From positions 186,001-250,000 of the forward strand of contig NIVC01000754.1 of the NCBI GenBank assembly GCA_002269645.1: a stretch of 64,000 bases of DNA, given 5' to 3'. The stretch is from Macrostomum lignano (taxonomy: Eukaryota). Positions 1 to 12,258 of the stretch are shown here, piece after piece; position 1 is the first letter of the stretch; each line of letters opens with the position of its first letter. Both the position numbers and the translations under genes were made by a program. The notes beneath the pieces were generated by a model. It was not told the DNA's origin and made no database searches. It was given only the letters and a program-made list of their open reading frames with translations.

Positions 1-91
1 TAAAAATGGAGACCTGTCTGTTCGAATTTTTGTCTCACCTAACTTTCTGATTCGTGCATTCAAACTGCATACACCGATTTCGGTTCGAGAC

Positions 92-2095
92 TTGTTGGGA
101 TTTCAACCGACACTCAAGCGCTGGTCGCAACTGGATGCTGTTGTCGTGCGGTGCAAAAATTCCGACGCCAATCCCCAACGTGAGGTCGAAGCGTTTGTTA
201 GTAGAATCAGTGATGATATAGATTCTGACTCTGATTTGGATCCGTCGCTTCAGTTTTTGATTCGACAACTTAGCCTTACATTAGTAAATCGGAACAATCG
301 CCGCTATGACATTTCACTAGTGCGACAGTCAGCATTGCTCTACTTGATCAGTAGTTCGGCTTACTCTTACCTACGGAAGCTATTGCCATTGCCTCATCCC
401 CGAACGCTGCAGCTGCAACTAGCAGGTACAGGAGAAGTTGGCACAGAAACCGACGCAGCCGATGTGATCCAGTCAGTTTTTGCTAGTCTATCAGGAGCTC
501 AGCGAAACTGCGTAATATGTTTGACGAAATGTACATACAACCGTCCGTTCGATATCGATGCCGTCACCTTCTGGGTCGAGCCGTCGACGATCCGGACCAG
601 GTTGCTAGGACAATTTTGGCCATAATGGTAAAGCCATTACTTGGTGGAAAACCGTTTGTAGTCCAACTATTGCCGACATACATTTTGTCTGCGGAGTTTC
701 TGCGAAAATGCGTCAGCCAATGTATTAAAGCAATTAACAACAACGGTGGCCGTGTCGTTGCTCTCGTCAGCGACAATCACCCTACCAACCGCAAGTGTTT
801 TGCTTTATTTAGCGATGGAAGAGAGAAGCCATGGATTGGAACGGATGCTGCACAGGAGTCGGAATTCTTCATGCTGTTCGATTTCGTTCACATTATCAAA
901 TGCATTCGCAACAATTGGCAAATGGAAGCGAATGGAATTCTAAGCATTTAACCTCCTGGCGCTGACAGACAGATATCCGCTAAATGGTCAGACGTGGTAC
1001 GCCTGTACCAAATGGAGAAAGACCACGTAGTCAAGCGCACATGTCTAACTCATGAGGCCTGTTATCCCACAAGCATTCAGAAAACTAGAGTCAGTCTCGC
1101 TCTCCAAGTTCTCGATGAAAGGGTTGCCGCTGCATTGAAGTGTGATGGATACTCAGACACTGCGGAATTTATCAAAACCATAGTGAGATTCTGGAAAATT
1201 GTCAATTGTAAAAATCCTGATCTACACGCACGACTACGGGATCCGGACAGGCGACCAGTCTATTCCGTTCAAGATGAAAGCATACAATTTCTTAGCGCGC
1301 TCGCGGATTCGTTTGATTCGACACATTGTGGAAAAGGCCGAGCTCGCCATCATTCATTGACGCCCGAGACCAAGTCAGCGCTAGTAAACTCACTGCGCGG
1401 AGCCTGTGAGATGTGTGAGGTTCTTTTGTCCGACCCACGAATCAGCTACGTTCTGGCTGGCTGGCTGGCTGGCCAAATGAGCGGCGGCAACTACTACGAG
1501 CGTATGTATCTGTGGAGCAAGTGCTGCTCAGTGCTCGACTCCGACGAATGAAATTATTGGCATCCCTTGAATTAGCAGACTACAAGCACCATCGGAGCAA
1601 ATGTTGGAATGAACAGCTGAATGAAATTGAACTGGCGACCATTGATAATTGTGCTGCTAAATCAGAGGAGCTTTCCATTTCGGAGATGGCTTCGCTCTAC
1701 TATATCGCAGGTAAGCTGGATATTAATTAAAATTTAATTCACAACGAGGTTTTACACAATCTCATAAAAACAATTCAAACCGTGCTTTATTGGAAATTGA
1801 CAGGTTATACAGCGACTAAAGAAGGCATCAAAAGAACAGATTTGATATCAGAGACGAACATTCCAGCCAGCGAATTCACTGAAGAGTTATCTCGCGGAAA
1901 GCTTTGTCATCCTCCACAATGGCTGTTAGACTTATCCTGTCTCTGCTACAGCAGTTTTATTCTGCACTCTCCTACGTGCGCAACTCGCGTGTAGAAGCTG
2001 TTTTATGTTATTAAGGACTTTTACTTTCCAACTAAGACACAGTTCAGCATGGACAGTGTGTCCCGACGGCTAGCCAACGTTTTTTTCAAATGACT
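92..2095 (+). pseudogene. Decayed P-element/THAP9-family DNA transposase
   Basis: Consecutive ORFs 92-625, 517-951, 994-1551 and 1512-1994 carry P-element motifs: LRKLLPLPHPRTLQ, FDEMYIQP, VSDNH, FDFVHIIKCIRNNW, KTRVSLALQV, TAEFIKTIVRFWKIVN, QMSGGNY, YYIAG, GKLCHP. There are several frameshifts and stops. The segment expected to hold the third catalytic residue, just before QMSGGNY, appears replaced by (GGCT)4. No TIRs were found. Confidence 0.85.
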
Positions 2096-2253
2096 AGTAA
2101 GACGCTCGTCAAAACTCCCACCAATACCGACGACATCCCATGATAGAAAGATTCGGAAGTTAGATGCTCAGTAGGTGAAGTTCCAGCGTTTCCTTTATGT
2201 ACGAGCTACTGACTGTTTGTGTCGTCTTGTCCTTGGAGTTCCGTATTTGCTTC

Positions 2254-2438
2254 TATCTTCTTGCCGTTGGAGTTTCATCTTCGCTTTCATCCTTTATCTT
2301 CTTGCCGTTGGAGTTTCATCTTCGCTTTCATCCTTTATCTTCTTGCCGTTGGAGTTTCATCTTCGCTTTCATCCTTTATCTTCTTGCCGTTGGAGTTTCA
2401 TCTTCGCTTTCATCCTTTATCTTCTTGCCGTTGGAGTT
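2254..2438. repeat. 41-bp tandem repeat, about 4.5 copies
   Basis: Unit TATCTTCTTGCCGTTGGAGTTTCATCTTCGCTTTCATCCTT repeated exactly. Confidence 0.95.
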
Positions 2439-2670
2439 TTTTGTTGATATGGCGGTTACTTTATTGTAAATACATTGTAATTATATCACTGGTTCCTATT
2501 CTTTAAATTAAATACTCGACATTGCTTCGCTTTACTATTTAATCTAACCGTTAATGCCTGATAGCAGAGAAGACTTGAAAAAGCCCTAGAACAATACTTT
2601 TAAGCGAGCCCCTCAGATTTTTTGCCATGAATTGGCTCGTTTCGCGTCCCGAGGGTTTTAGTTGTCCCTG

Positions 2671-2707
2671 GGTTAGGGTTGAAGGGTTAGGGTTGAAGGG
2701 TTAGGGT
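2671..2707. repeat. Short interstitial telomere-like tract (GGTTAGGGTTGAAG)n
   Basis: Three TTAGGG hexamers in GGTTAGGGTTGAAGGGTTAGGGTTGAAGGGTTAGGG. Confidence 0.6.
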
Positions 2708-2818
2708 AAATAATTTAATTCGGTACCTTTTGTCTGGCTTAGCTATTTACTCCTCAGGTAGGTCAGAAGGAAAATTCTTTAAAAATAATTGAGTATCTCA
2801 ACGGTTCTGAATTATATA

Positions 2819-3368
2819 CTGTCCGTCAAAAGTTCCGGAACCCTTGCTACGATGTCTTCTAGCGGACATAATTTCAGTCCGTTTCAATTGTAACTTGATT
2901 CAAATGAAAGCTGCGGATTTCAGCTCCATGATGTGGTCAAGAAAAAGTTTATTCGAAGGAGCGCGTGTGAACAGGCCAGTGTTATGTACATAAAGGTTAG
3001 AGAAAAAAAGTGAGGAAAAGACAAACAAGCAATTGACTCTCCCATGAAAACTGACTGCACAAGAATCCATAAGAGCCTGTTGATTTCAACACAAGTTTTG
3101 GCCATAGACTAATGTTAGCCAGGCTGAACACTGCGCGCAAACCGATTCCTTCCCATGTGTGTTTGCTCCATAGACTCAGCAACCATAGACAATTGCTTGT
3201 TTGTCTTTTCCTCACTTTTTTTCTCTAACCTTTATGTACATAACACTGGCCTGTTCACACGCGCTCCTTCGAATAAACTTTTTCTGAATCAAGTTACAAT
3301 TGAAACGGACTGAAATTATGTCCGCTAGAAGACATCGTAGCAAGGGTTCCGGAACTTTTGACGGACAG
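2819..3368. mobile_element. Non-autonomous foldback element/MITE with long TIRs and TA flanks (Tc1/mariner-like)
   Basis: 2819-2902 is the reverse complement of about 3286-3368 (CTGTCCGTCAAAAGTTCCGGAACC...). About 2941-3035 is the reverse complement of about 3190-3285. Both ends are flanked by TATATA. Confidence 0.85.
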
Positions 3369-3741
3369 TATATATCAACTTCAAACGTGCTGCAAATGCA
3401 CGCAACTCAACTTATAGGAGTTGCTTACAAGCGTATGGCAGTAAAACATTTTTCAGGTAGGGGACTCTTTAGAAGATTAGTAGACGTGGCCAAGCAGAAT
3501 TACTCTCAGTAGAGTTACTGGAAGAATAAGCGCCATGTTATTTCCTAGTGCATGATTAAACTACGTGTGGTCTATTGTCTAATGCCGATGTGTCCTTCAA
3601 CCTACCCCAACGACGCATCCTTTAGCTATATAGGCTGTCAACCAGCCACTGAAAAAACCCTATAGAGGGTGACCGCATGGACAGCGCGAAACCACAGTTT
3701 TAAGCCACAATAAGAAAGAAAAGCTACAACAAAATAACAAA

Positions 3742-4497
3742 ATGGACTCAATGACAGCTCAAGTGCCAGCTGGAGAATACCGTTGCGACTTCTACGATTT
3801 CGGCTGCAGATTCGTGTTCAACGGCCCGCAGTCTGAGACCTAACACTATGAGTCCGCTGACGGCAGGCATGAGCACATACGCTTGGTGAGCGACAAGCAG
3901 CGGAATCTTCAAGAGGAAGTCGATCGCTTGAAGCAAAGCGTCAGGCAAAACCAGCAGGAAATTGGTAGAAAACAGTTGGAAATCGACGAGCTCAAGAGGA
4001 AGCTGCATCGATTGGAGGCACACACCGAGCGCGTGATCTCCGTGTTCGAGCTGAGCATCCGGGATCTGCTCGCTGAGAATCCCGGCTGGCACAACTGCCT
4101 CACGCAGCAGTTCGGCTACGGCCTGGATATTCAGACCAGCCTGCTCGAGTCTCCGACTGGCGCCGAGTTTTGCTTCCGGCTGCGGCTGCGACCGACGCCG
4201 TACGACCGAACTCTGCGGTGGCCGTTCCGGTCGACTGTCCGGGTCGCCGTTTTTCCTCCGGACGGCCACCGGGAGCTTCTTCTGGAAGGGAGCTCGGTCA
4301 CTCTGCTTCCGGAGAGACTTCCGGCCGATCAGCGGAGGCTGCTGGAAAGACCGGAGGCAGCTGGAGTTGAGGAACGGGAACGGAATTCCATTGAGATTCG
4401 AGCTCCGGCTCGACTCAGCAGGGCCCAGCTGCTTGGTCTGCCTGATGGAAGCTCCTTCGCTGCTCGGGTGGTCCTGCTGCCGGAAGGAGCTGAATAA
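3742..4497 (+). pseudogene. Intronless TRAF-like gene (TRAF zinc-finger remnant, coiled coil, MATH/TRAF-C-like domain) with in-frame TAA at 3841
   Basis: ATG at 3742 reads MDSMTAQVPAGEYRCDFYDFGCRFVFNGPQSET*HYESADGRHEHIRLV and continues in frame into ORF 3883-4497. That ORF has a heptad coiled coil, then LESPTGAEFCFRLRL...YDRTLRWPFRSTVRVAV, similar to the TRAF-C YDxxLxWPF motif. Confidence 0.7.
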
Positions 4498-4714
4498 ACA
4501 GGGCTGCAAAATGAGCCCTCTCGGTATTCGACAACTTGTCTAACCTAACCTATATTTCATATTCATTCAGTTCATGATTCCGCCTTACTGCTTATCTGCA
4601 TGAGTACAAGCTAGGGAGCACGAGATTTTATCGCGAGAGTTTTCCCGCTGTGCTTTTCCCGCAGGGATTTTTCCAGTCAGAATTTTAAATCAAATCCAGT
4701 CTATAGACAATGGC

Positions 4715-4820
4715 TAGACTAGATTAAAACTAGCCTGGACTAGACTAGACTAGACCAGAATAGACTAGACTACACTCGTAGACATGGAGCTAGACTAAAT
4801 TAGAGCTAGACTAGATTAGA
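4715..4820. repeat. Degenerate (CTAGA)n microsatellite
   Basis: CTAGACTAGACTAGACCAGAATAGACTAGACT... Confidence 0.7.
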
Positions 4821-5345
4821 TTTCATGCAAATCCAATGCGAGTTGGCGCGGTGAGATGTGAAGTTCGTATTTACACTTTTATTCAGCTTTTCAAGTCAGC
4901 ACTGTAATTTTCCTTTGCGCCTATTGCCAATGATACAATTTTTATCATTTCATAGAACTTGTTTGAAGTCACGGTCATGTATAATTTTTACTATCAGAAC
5001 GTTTGAATAATATTTTCGAAAATTTACTTTTTAATTCTTTTCAATTTTTCTATAGGAAAACAGGCTATTCAATAATAATTGAGCAATACCTAGAAGTACC
5101 TATACACATGTAATATTTGTCTGTTCCTTCAGTCGCTGTGAAAACAAAAGCCGGAGAAAACAATATGCAAAGTTATTTGTTCCTCGTTTCACCCTCTACA
5201 GCCGCTCTGCTCCTGTACTCCCGATAGCAGTGAGAAATATCTATGGTAAAAAGCCTACTCAAAAATACAATTATCGGTATCACTCCTCTTGGTCAGAAAT
5301 GAGAGGCTCCTCGGGCACGTACCCCCCTTGGTACAGTCGTATAAC

Positions 5346-8300
5346 CACCCCCTCAGAGTCATCCCCCCAGCATCATCCCCCTCAGAATCTCCCCCTCCAG
5401 CATCATCCCCCTCAGAATCCCCCCCAGCATCACCCCCTCAGAATCACCCCCCAGCATCATCCCCCTCAGAATCTCCCCCAGCATCACCCCCTCAGATTCA
5501 CCCCCAGCATCATCCCCCTCAGAATCTCCCCCCTCAGCATCATCCCCCTCAGAATCACCCCCAGCATCACCCCCCTCAGAATCTCCCCCTCAGCATCATC
5601 CCCCTCAGAATCTCCCTCCTCAGCATCATCCCCCTCAGAATCACCCCCAGCATCATCCCCCTCAGAATCACCCCAGCATCACCCCCCTCAGAATCTCCCC
5701 CCTCAGCATCATCCCCCTCAGAATCTCCCTCCTCAGCATCACCCCCCTCAGAATCTCCCCCAGCATCACCCCGCTCAGAATCTCCCCCAGCATCATCCCC
5801 CTCAGAATCTCCCCCCCCCCATCATCCCCCTCAGAATCTCCCCCCTCAGCATCATCCCCCTCAGAATCTCCCCCAGCATCACCCCGCTCAGAATCTCCCC
5901 CCCAGCATCATCCCTCTCAGAATCTCCCCCTCAGCATCATCCCTCTCAGAATCTCCCCCTCAGCATCACCCCCTCAGAATCTCCCTCAGCATCACCCCGC
6001 TCAGAATCTCCCCCCCAGCATCATCCCCTCAGAATCTCCCCCAGCATCATCCCCCTCAGAATCTCCCCCCAGCATCATCCCCCTCAGAATCTCCCCTCAG
6101 CATCATCCCCCTCAGAATCTCCCCCAGCATCATCCCCCTCAGAATCTCCCCTCAGGATCATCCCCCTCAGAATCTCCCCCAGCATCATCCCCCTCAGAAT
6201 CTCCCCCTCCCAGCATCATCCCCCTCAGAATCTCCCCCCAGCACCATCCCCCTCAGAATCACCCCCAGCATCATCCCCTCAGAATCACCCCCAGCACCAT
6301 CCCCTCAGAATCACCCCCAGCATCATCCCCCTCAGAATCTCCCCCCAGCATCATCCCCCTCAGAATCTCCCCCAGCATCATCCCCCTCAGAATCTCCCCC
6401 CAGCATCATCCCCCTCAGAATCATCCCCAGCATCATCCCCCTCAGAATCACCCCCAGCATCATCCCCCTCAGAATCTCCCCCAGCATCATCCCCCTCAGA
6501 ATCTCCCCCCAGCATCATCCCCCTCAGAATCTCCCCCAGCATCATCCCCCTCAGAATCACCCCCAGCATCATCCCCCTCAGAATCTCCCCCAGCATCATC
6601 CCCCTCAGAATCTCCCCCCAGCATCATCCCCCTCAGAATCATCCCCAGCATCATCCCCCTCAGAATCACCCCCAGCATCATCCCCCCTCAGAATCATCCC
6701 CAGCATCATCCCCCTCAGAATCATCCCCTCAGCATCATCCCCCTCAGAATCTCCCCCCAGCATCATCCCCCTCAGAATCTCCCCCAGCATCATCCCCCTC
6801 AGAATCACCCCCCAGCATCATCCCCCTCAGAATCTCCCCCTCCCAGCATCATCCCCCTCAGAATCTCCCCCCAGCATCATCCCCCTCAGAATCTCCCCCC
6901 CCAGCATCATCCCCCTCAGAATCTCCCCCCCAGCATCATCCCCCTCAGAATCATCCCCCCAGCATCATCCCCCTCAGAATCTCCCCCAGCATCACCCCCT
7001 CAGAATCACCCCCAGCATCATCCCCCTCAGAATCTCCCCCAGCATCACCCCCTCAGATTCACCCCCAGCATCATCCCCCTCAGAATCTCCCCCCTCAGCA
7101 TCATCCCCCTCAGAATCACCCCCAGCATCACCCCCTCAGAATCTCCCCCTCAGCATCATCCCCCTCAGAATCTCCCTCCTCAGCATCATCCCCCTCAGAA
7201 TCACCCCCAGCATCATCCCCCTCAGAATCACCCCCAGCATCACCCCCCTCAGAATCTCCCCCCTCAGCATCATCCCCCTCAGAATCTCCCCCCCAGCATC
7301 ATCCCCCTCAGAATCTCCCCTCCCAGCATCATCCCCCTCAGAATCTCCCCCCCAGCATCATCCCCCTCAGAATCTCCCTCCTCAGCATCATCCCCCTCAG
7401 AATCACCCCCAGCATCATCCCCTCTGAATCTCCCCTCAGCATCATCCCCCTCAGAATCACCCCCCAGCATCACCCCCCTCAGAATCACCCCCAGCATCAT
7501 CCCCCTCAGAATCTCCCCCCCAGCATCATCCCCCTCAGAATCACCCCCCAGCATCATCCCCCTCAGAATCTCCCCCTCAGCATCATCCCCCTCAGAATCT
7601 CCCCCCAGCATCATCCCCCTCAGAATCTCCCCCCAGCATCATCCCCCTCAGAATCTCCCCCAGCATCATCCCCCTCAGAATCTCCCCCCAGCATCATCCC
7701 CCTCAGAATCTCCCCCCCAGCATCATCCCCCTCAGAATCTCCCCCTCCCAGCATCATCCCCCTCAGAATCTCCCCCCAGCATCATCCCCCTCTGAATCTC
7801 CCCTCAGCATCATCCCCCTCAGAATCACCCCCAGCATCACCCCCCTCAGAATCACCCCCAGCATCATCCCCCTCAGAATCTCCCCCCAGCATCATCCCCC
7901 TCAGAATCACCCCCAGCATCATCCCCCTCAGAATCTCCCCCCTCAGCATCATCCCCCTCAGAATCTCCCCCCAGCATCATCCCCCTCAGAATCTCCCCCA
8001 GCATCATCCCCCTCAGAATCTCCCCCCAGCATCATCCCCTCAGAATCTCCCCCAGCATCATCCCCCTCAGAATCACCCCCAGCATCATCCCCCTCAGAAT
8101 CTCCCCCAGCATCATCCCCTCAGAATCTCCCCCAGCATCATCCCCCTCAGAATCATCCCCAGCATCATCCCCCTCAGAATCACCCCCAGCATCATCCCCC
8201 TCAGAATCATCCCCAGCATCATCCCCCTCAGAATCATCCCCTCAGCATCATCCCCCTCAGAATCTCCCCCCAGCATCATCCCCCTCAGAATCTCCCCCAG

Positions 8301-10070
8301 CATCATCCCCCTCAGAATCACCCCCAGCATCATCCCCCTCAGAATCTCCCCCTCCCAGCATCATCCCCCTCAGAATCTCCCCCAGCATCATCCCCCTCAG
8401 AATCTCCCCCCCAGCATCATCCCCCTCAGAATCTCCCCCCCAGCATCATCCCCCTCAGAATCATCCCCCAGCATCATCCCCCTCAGAATCTCCCCCAGCA
8501 TCACCCCCTCAGAATCACCCCCAGCATCATCCCCCTCAGAATCTCCCCCAGCATCACCCCCTCAGATTCACCCCCAGCATCATCCCCCTCAGAATCTCCC
8601 CCTCAGCATCATCCCCCTCAGAATCACCCCCAGCATCACCCCCCTCAGAATCTCCCCCCTCAGCATCATCCCCCTCAGAATCTCCCTCCTCAGCATCATC
8701 CCCCTCAGAATCACCCCCAGCATCATCCCCTCAGAATCACCCCAGCATCACCCCCCTCAGAATCTCCCCCTCAGCATCATCCCCCTCAGAATCTCCCCCC
8801 CAGCATCATCCCCCTCAGAATCTCCCCTCCCAGCATCATCCCCCTCAGAATCTCCCCCCCAGCATCATCCCCCTCAGAATCTCCCTCCTCAGCATCATCC
8901 CCCTCAGAATCACCCCCAGCATCATCCCCCTCTGAATCTCCCCTCAGCATCATCCCCCTCAGAATCACCCCCAGCATCACCCCCCTCAGAATCACCCCCA
9001 GCATCATCCCCCTCAGAATCTCCCCCCAGCATCATCCCCCTCAGAATCACCCCCCAGCATCATCCCCCTCAGAATCTCCCCCCTCAGCATCATCCCCCTC
9101 AGAATCTCCCCCCCAGCATCATCCCCCTCAGAATCTCCCCCAGCATCATCCCCCTCAGAATCTCCCCCAGCATCATCCCCCTCAGAATCTCCCCCCCAGC
9201 ATCATCCCCCTCAGAATCTCCCCCCAGCATCATCCCCCTCAGAATCTCCCCCCCAGCATCATCCCCCTCAGAATCTCCCCCCAGCATCATCCCCCTCTGA
9301 ATCTCCCCTCAGCATCATCCCCCTCAGAATCACCCCCAGCATCACCCCCTCAGAATCACCCCAGCATCATCCCCCTCAGAATCTCCCCCCAGCATCATCC
9401 CCCTCAGAATCACCCCCCAGCATCATCCCCCTCAGAATCTCCCCCCTCAGCATCATCCCCCTCAGAATCTCCCCCCCCAGCATCATCCCCCTCAGAATCT
9501 CCCCCCAGCATCATCCCCCTCAGAATCTCCCCCAGCATCATCCCCCTCAGAATCTCCCCCCAGCATCATCCCCCTCAGAATCTCCCCCCAGCATCATCCC
9601 CCTCAGAATCTCCCCCCCAGCATCATCCCCCTCAGAATCTCCCCCCAGCATCATCCCCCTCAGAATCTCCCCCCAGCATCATCCCCCTCAGAATCTCCCC
9701 CCAGCATCATCCCCCTCAGAATCATACCCCCCAGCATCATCCCCCTCAGAATCTCCCCCTCAGCATCATCGACCTCAGAATCATCCCCCCAGCATCATCC
9801 CCCTCAGAATCTCCCCCCAGCATCATCCCCCTCAGAATCTCCCCCAGCATTATCCCCCTCAGAATCTCCCCCCCAGCATCATCCCCCTCAGAATCATCCC
9901 CCAGCATCATCCCCCTCAGAATCTCCCCCCAGCATCATCCCCCTCAGAATCTCCCCCCAGCATCATCCCCTCAGAATCTCCCCCCCAGCATCATCCCCCT
10001 CAGAATCACCCCCCAGCATCATCCCCCTCAGAATCACCCCCCAGCATCATCCCCCTCAGAATCTCCCCCC
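5346..10070. repeat. About 4.7-kb C-rich satellite, 27-30-bp unit CAGCATCATCCCCCTCAGAATCTCCCCC
   Basis: Continuous array in which unit length varies through the C-run lengths. Rare variants (CAGATTCA, TCTGAATC) recur at about 1.5-kb spacing. Confidence 0.97.
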
Positions 10071-10558
10071 GATTGATTGTTAGATTGTCACCCCGATAGC
10101 GATTGTTCAATAAATATAATTATAGCCACACGTGTATGAAGCTTAGTGTGGCAATATCCAAGTGATAAAAAAATATATATTGCATGTAACTCTTTACATT
10201 GCAGTTGACGTTTCAGTCAGAGAGATTTGCATATTTATCGCAACGAGAAACATAACAGGTTGACCACTTGAAATACTTACTGTAAGTAGTATAGAGAAAT
10301 ATTTTATCGGATAATTCAACCGGTATGGGTTGTAGAGTTCTCCTGTGTTGATTAAATAATATCTTTTTCGAATCGAAATACATTCAGTAATAAAATACCT
10401 GTTTGTTAGGGCTCTGAGGTCCACATTTCTATTAACCAGGGATTATTCAGCGGTGTTGGGCATCGACAGTTGAAAAAGTATTGACCACGTGCGAGGGTCC
10501 CAAACCAAAATTTGAATATCGATCGATGGTTTAGTCCGATACTAAAGCATCAAGTAGA

Positions 10559-11415
10559 TTTAGCACCCAGGAGCTTTAGCACCCAGGAGCTTTAGCACCA
10601 GGAGCTTTAGCACCAAGGAGCTTTAGCACCAAGGAGCTTTAGCACCAAGGAGCTTTAGCACCAAGGAGCTTTAGCACCAAGGAGCTTTAGCACCAGGAGT
10701 TTTAGCACCAGGAGCTTTAGCACCAGGAGCTTTAGCACCAAGGGGCTTTAGCACCAAGGAGCTTTAGCACCAAGGAGCTTTAGCACCAGGAGTTTTAGCA
10801 CCAGGAGCTTTAGCACCAAGGGGCTTTAGCACCAGGAGCTTTAGGACCAAGGGGCTTTAGCACCAGGAGCTTTAGCACCAGGAGCTTTAGCACCAAGGAG
10901 CTTTAGCACCAGGAGTTTTAGCACCAGGAGCTTTAGCACCAAGGGGCTTTAGCACCAGGAGCTTTAGCACCAGGAGCTTTAGCACCAATGGGCTTTAGCA
11001 CCAAGGGGCTTTAGCACCAGGAGTTTTAGCACCAGGAGCTTTAGCACCAAGGGGCTTTAGCACCAGGAGCTTTAGCACCAAGGAGCTTTAGCACCAGGAG
11101 CTTTAGCACCAAGGGGCTTTAGCACCAGGAGCTTTAGCACAAGGGGCTTTAGCACCAAGGAGCTTTAGCACCAAGGAGCTTTAGCACCAGGAGCTTTAGC
11201 ACCAAGGGGCTTTAGCACAAGGGGCTTTAGCACCAAGGAGCTTTAGCACCAAGGAGCTTTAGCACCAAGGAGCTTTAGCACCAAGGAGCTTTAGCACCAA
11301 TGAGCTTTAGCACCAATGAGCTTTAGCACCAAGGAGCTTTAGCACCAGGAGCTTTAGCACCAAGGAGCTTTAGCACCAGGAGTTTTAGCACCAAGGAGCT
11401 TTAGCACCAAGGGGC
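10559..11415. repeat. 15/16-bp tandem repeat TTTAGCACCA(A)GGAGC
   Basis: About 55 copies visible directly. Confidence 0.97.
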
Positions 11416-11688
11416 GCCATCAGGAAAAAAATCTGCAGTGAGGAGTACCAATTCTGCCTGACGTGGCTGGCCACATCATCCTGTGGGAGAGTCGCTACAC
11501 GACTTGCTGTTGTCGAAGGCGCAGGGTCCACACAGACGCGGCCAAGGACGAACGACGCACTACCCGGAGCTGCTTCTGAGGGATGCGAGAGCCCCCGTTT
11601 TGATTTTGACTGGGGGAGTTGAATGTTTGAGAAGTGTGGCCCAAATACGTGCGTTCTGACACATGTACCTCCCAAGTTCTGTGGTCTT

Positions 11689-12142
11689 TTGTTGTTGTTG
11701 TTGTTGTATGCGGGGTGCGGCTCCACCAGATGGGGACCCAATCGAGGGCACCCAGGAGCCGCGCCACCACGTGACCATCGGCCAGGTCGCTAAGGTTCTG
11801 AACTCCATATAAGCGGCGTGTCGAGTCCAGGGCGGGACAGGTCAGAATGTGGAATTGGGTCACCTCGTCCCCGCACAGCCTGCAGGTGGCGTCGTCGGTC
11901 GTCCTGATGCGCTTCTTATAATAAGCCGACGCCGGAGAGTGGCCTGCACGGACTTGCGAGACGAGGACCCTCTGATTTCTGGGGCCATCATGGTAGGTAA
12001 GGCTCCCCGAGTAAACGTCGTCCAGATGTCCCTCCAGGACGGGCTGGTACCGGACGGACCTGCGCAGCAGATTCTTGGACGCGGCGAGTGCAAGCGGAAT
12101 GTGCTGCTGCGGCAGGCCCGCGGCCCGTTTGGCCTCCCGGTT
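11689..12142 (-). mobile_element. 5'-truncated non-LTR retrotransposon (I/Ingi-like ORF2 C-terminus) with (CAA)n tail
   Basis: Minus ORF REAKRAAGLPQ...VLVSQVRAGHSP..YYKKRI...CRLCGDEVTQFHILTCPAL is the CCHC knuckle region typical of the LINE ORF2 C-terminus. It is followed by (CAA)6. Confidence 0.75.
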
Positions 12143-12143
12143 T

Positions 12144-12159
12144 TTGTTGTTGTTGTTGC

Positions 12160-12199
<40 letters not shown>

Positions 12200-12258
12200 G
12201 GTGTTGTTGTTGTTGTTGCTGTTGTTGCTGTTGTTGTTGTTGTTGTTGTTGTTGTTGT
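12144..12258. repeat. (GTT/CAA)n microsatellite, about 38 units
   Basis: Direct observation. Confidence 0.97.

Noticed and set aside
2671-2707. Chromosome end or telomere fusion
   Set aside because: There are only three interrupted TTAGGG units. Such tracts are common inside repeats.
3748-4509. 253-aa minus-strand ORF and similar antisense ORFs over the kinase, ANK, gypsy and Polinton genes
   Set aside because: They are antisense shadows of coding sequence on the other strand and have no motifs of their own.
5230-9300. 1356-aa and 712-aa Pro/Ser/His-rich ORFs
   Set aside because: They are translations of a stop-poor satellite. The frame drifts with C-run length and there is no domain or codon structure.
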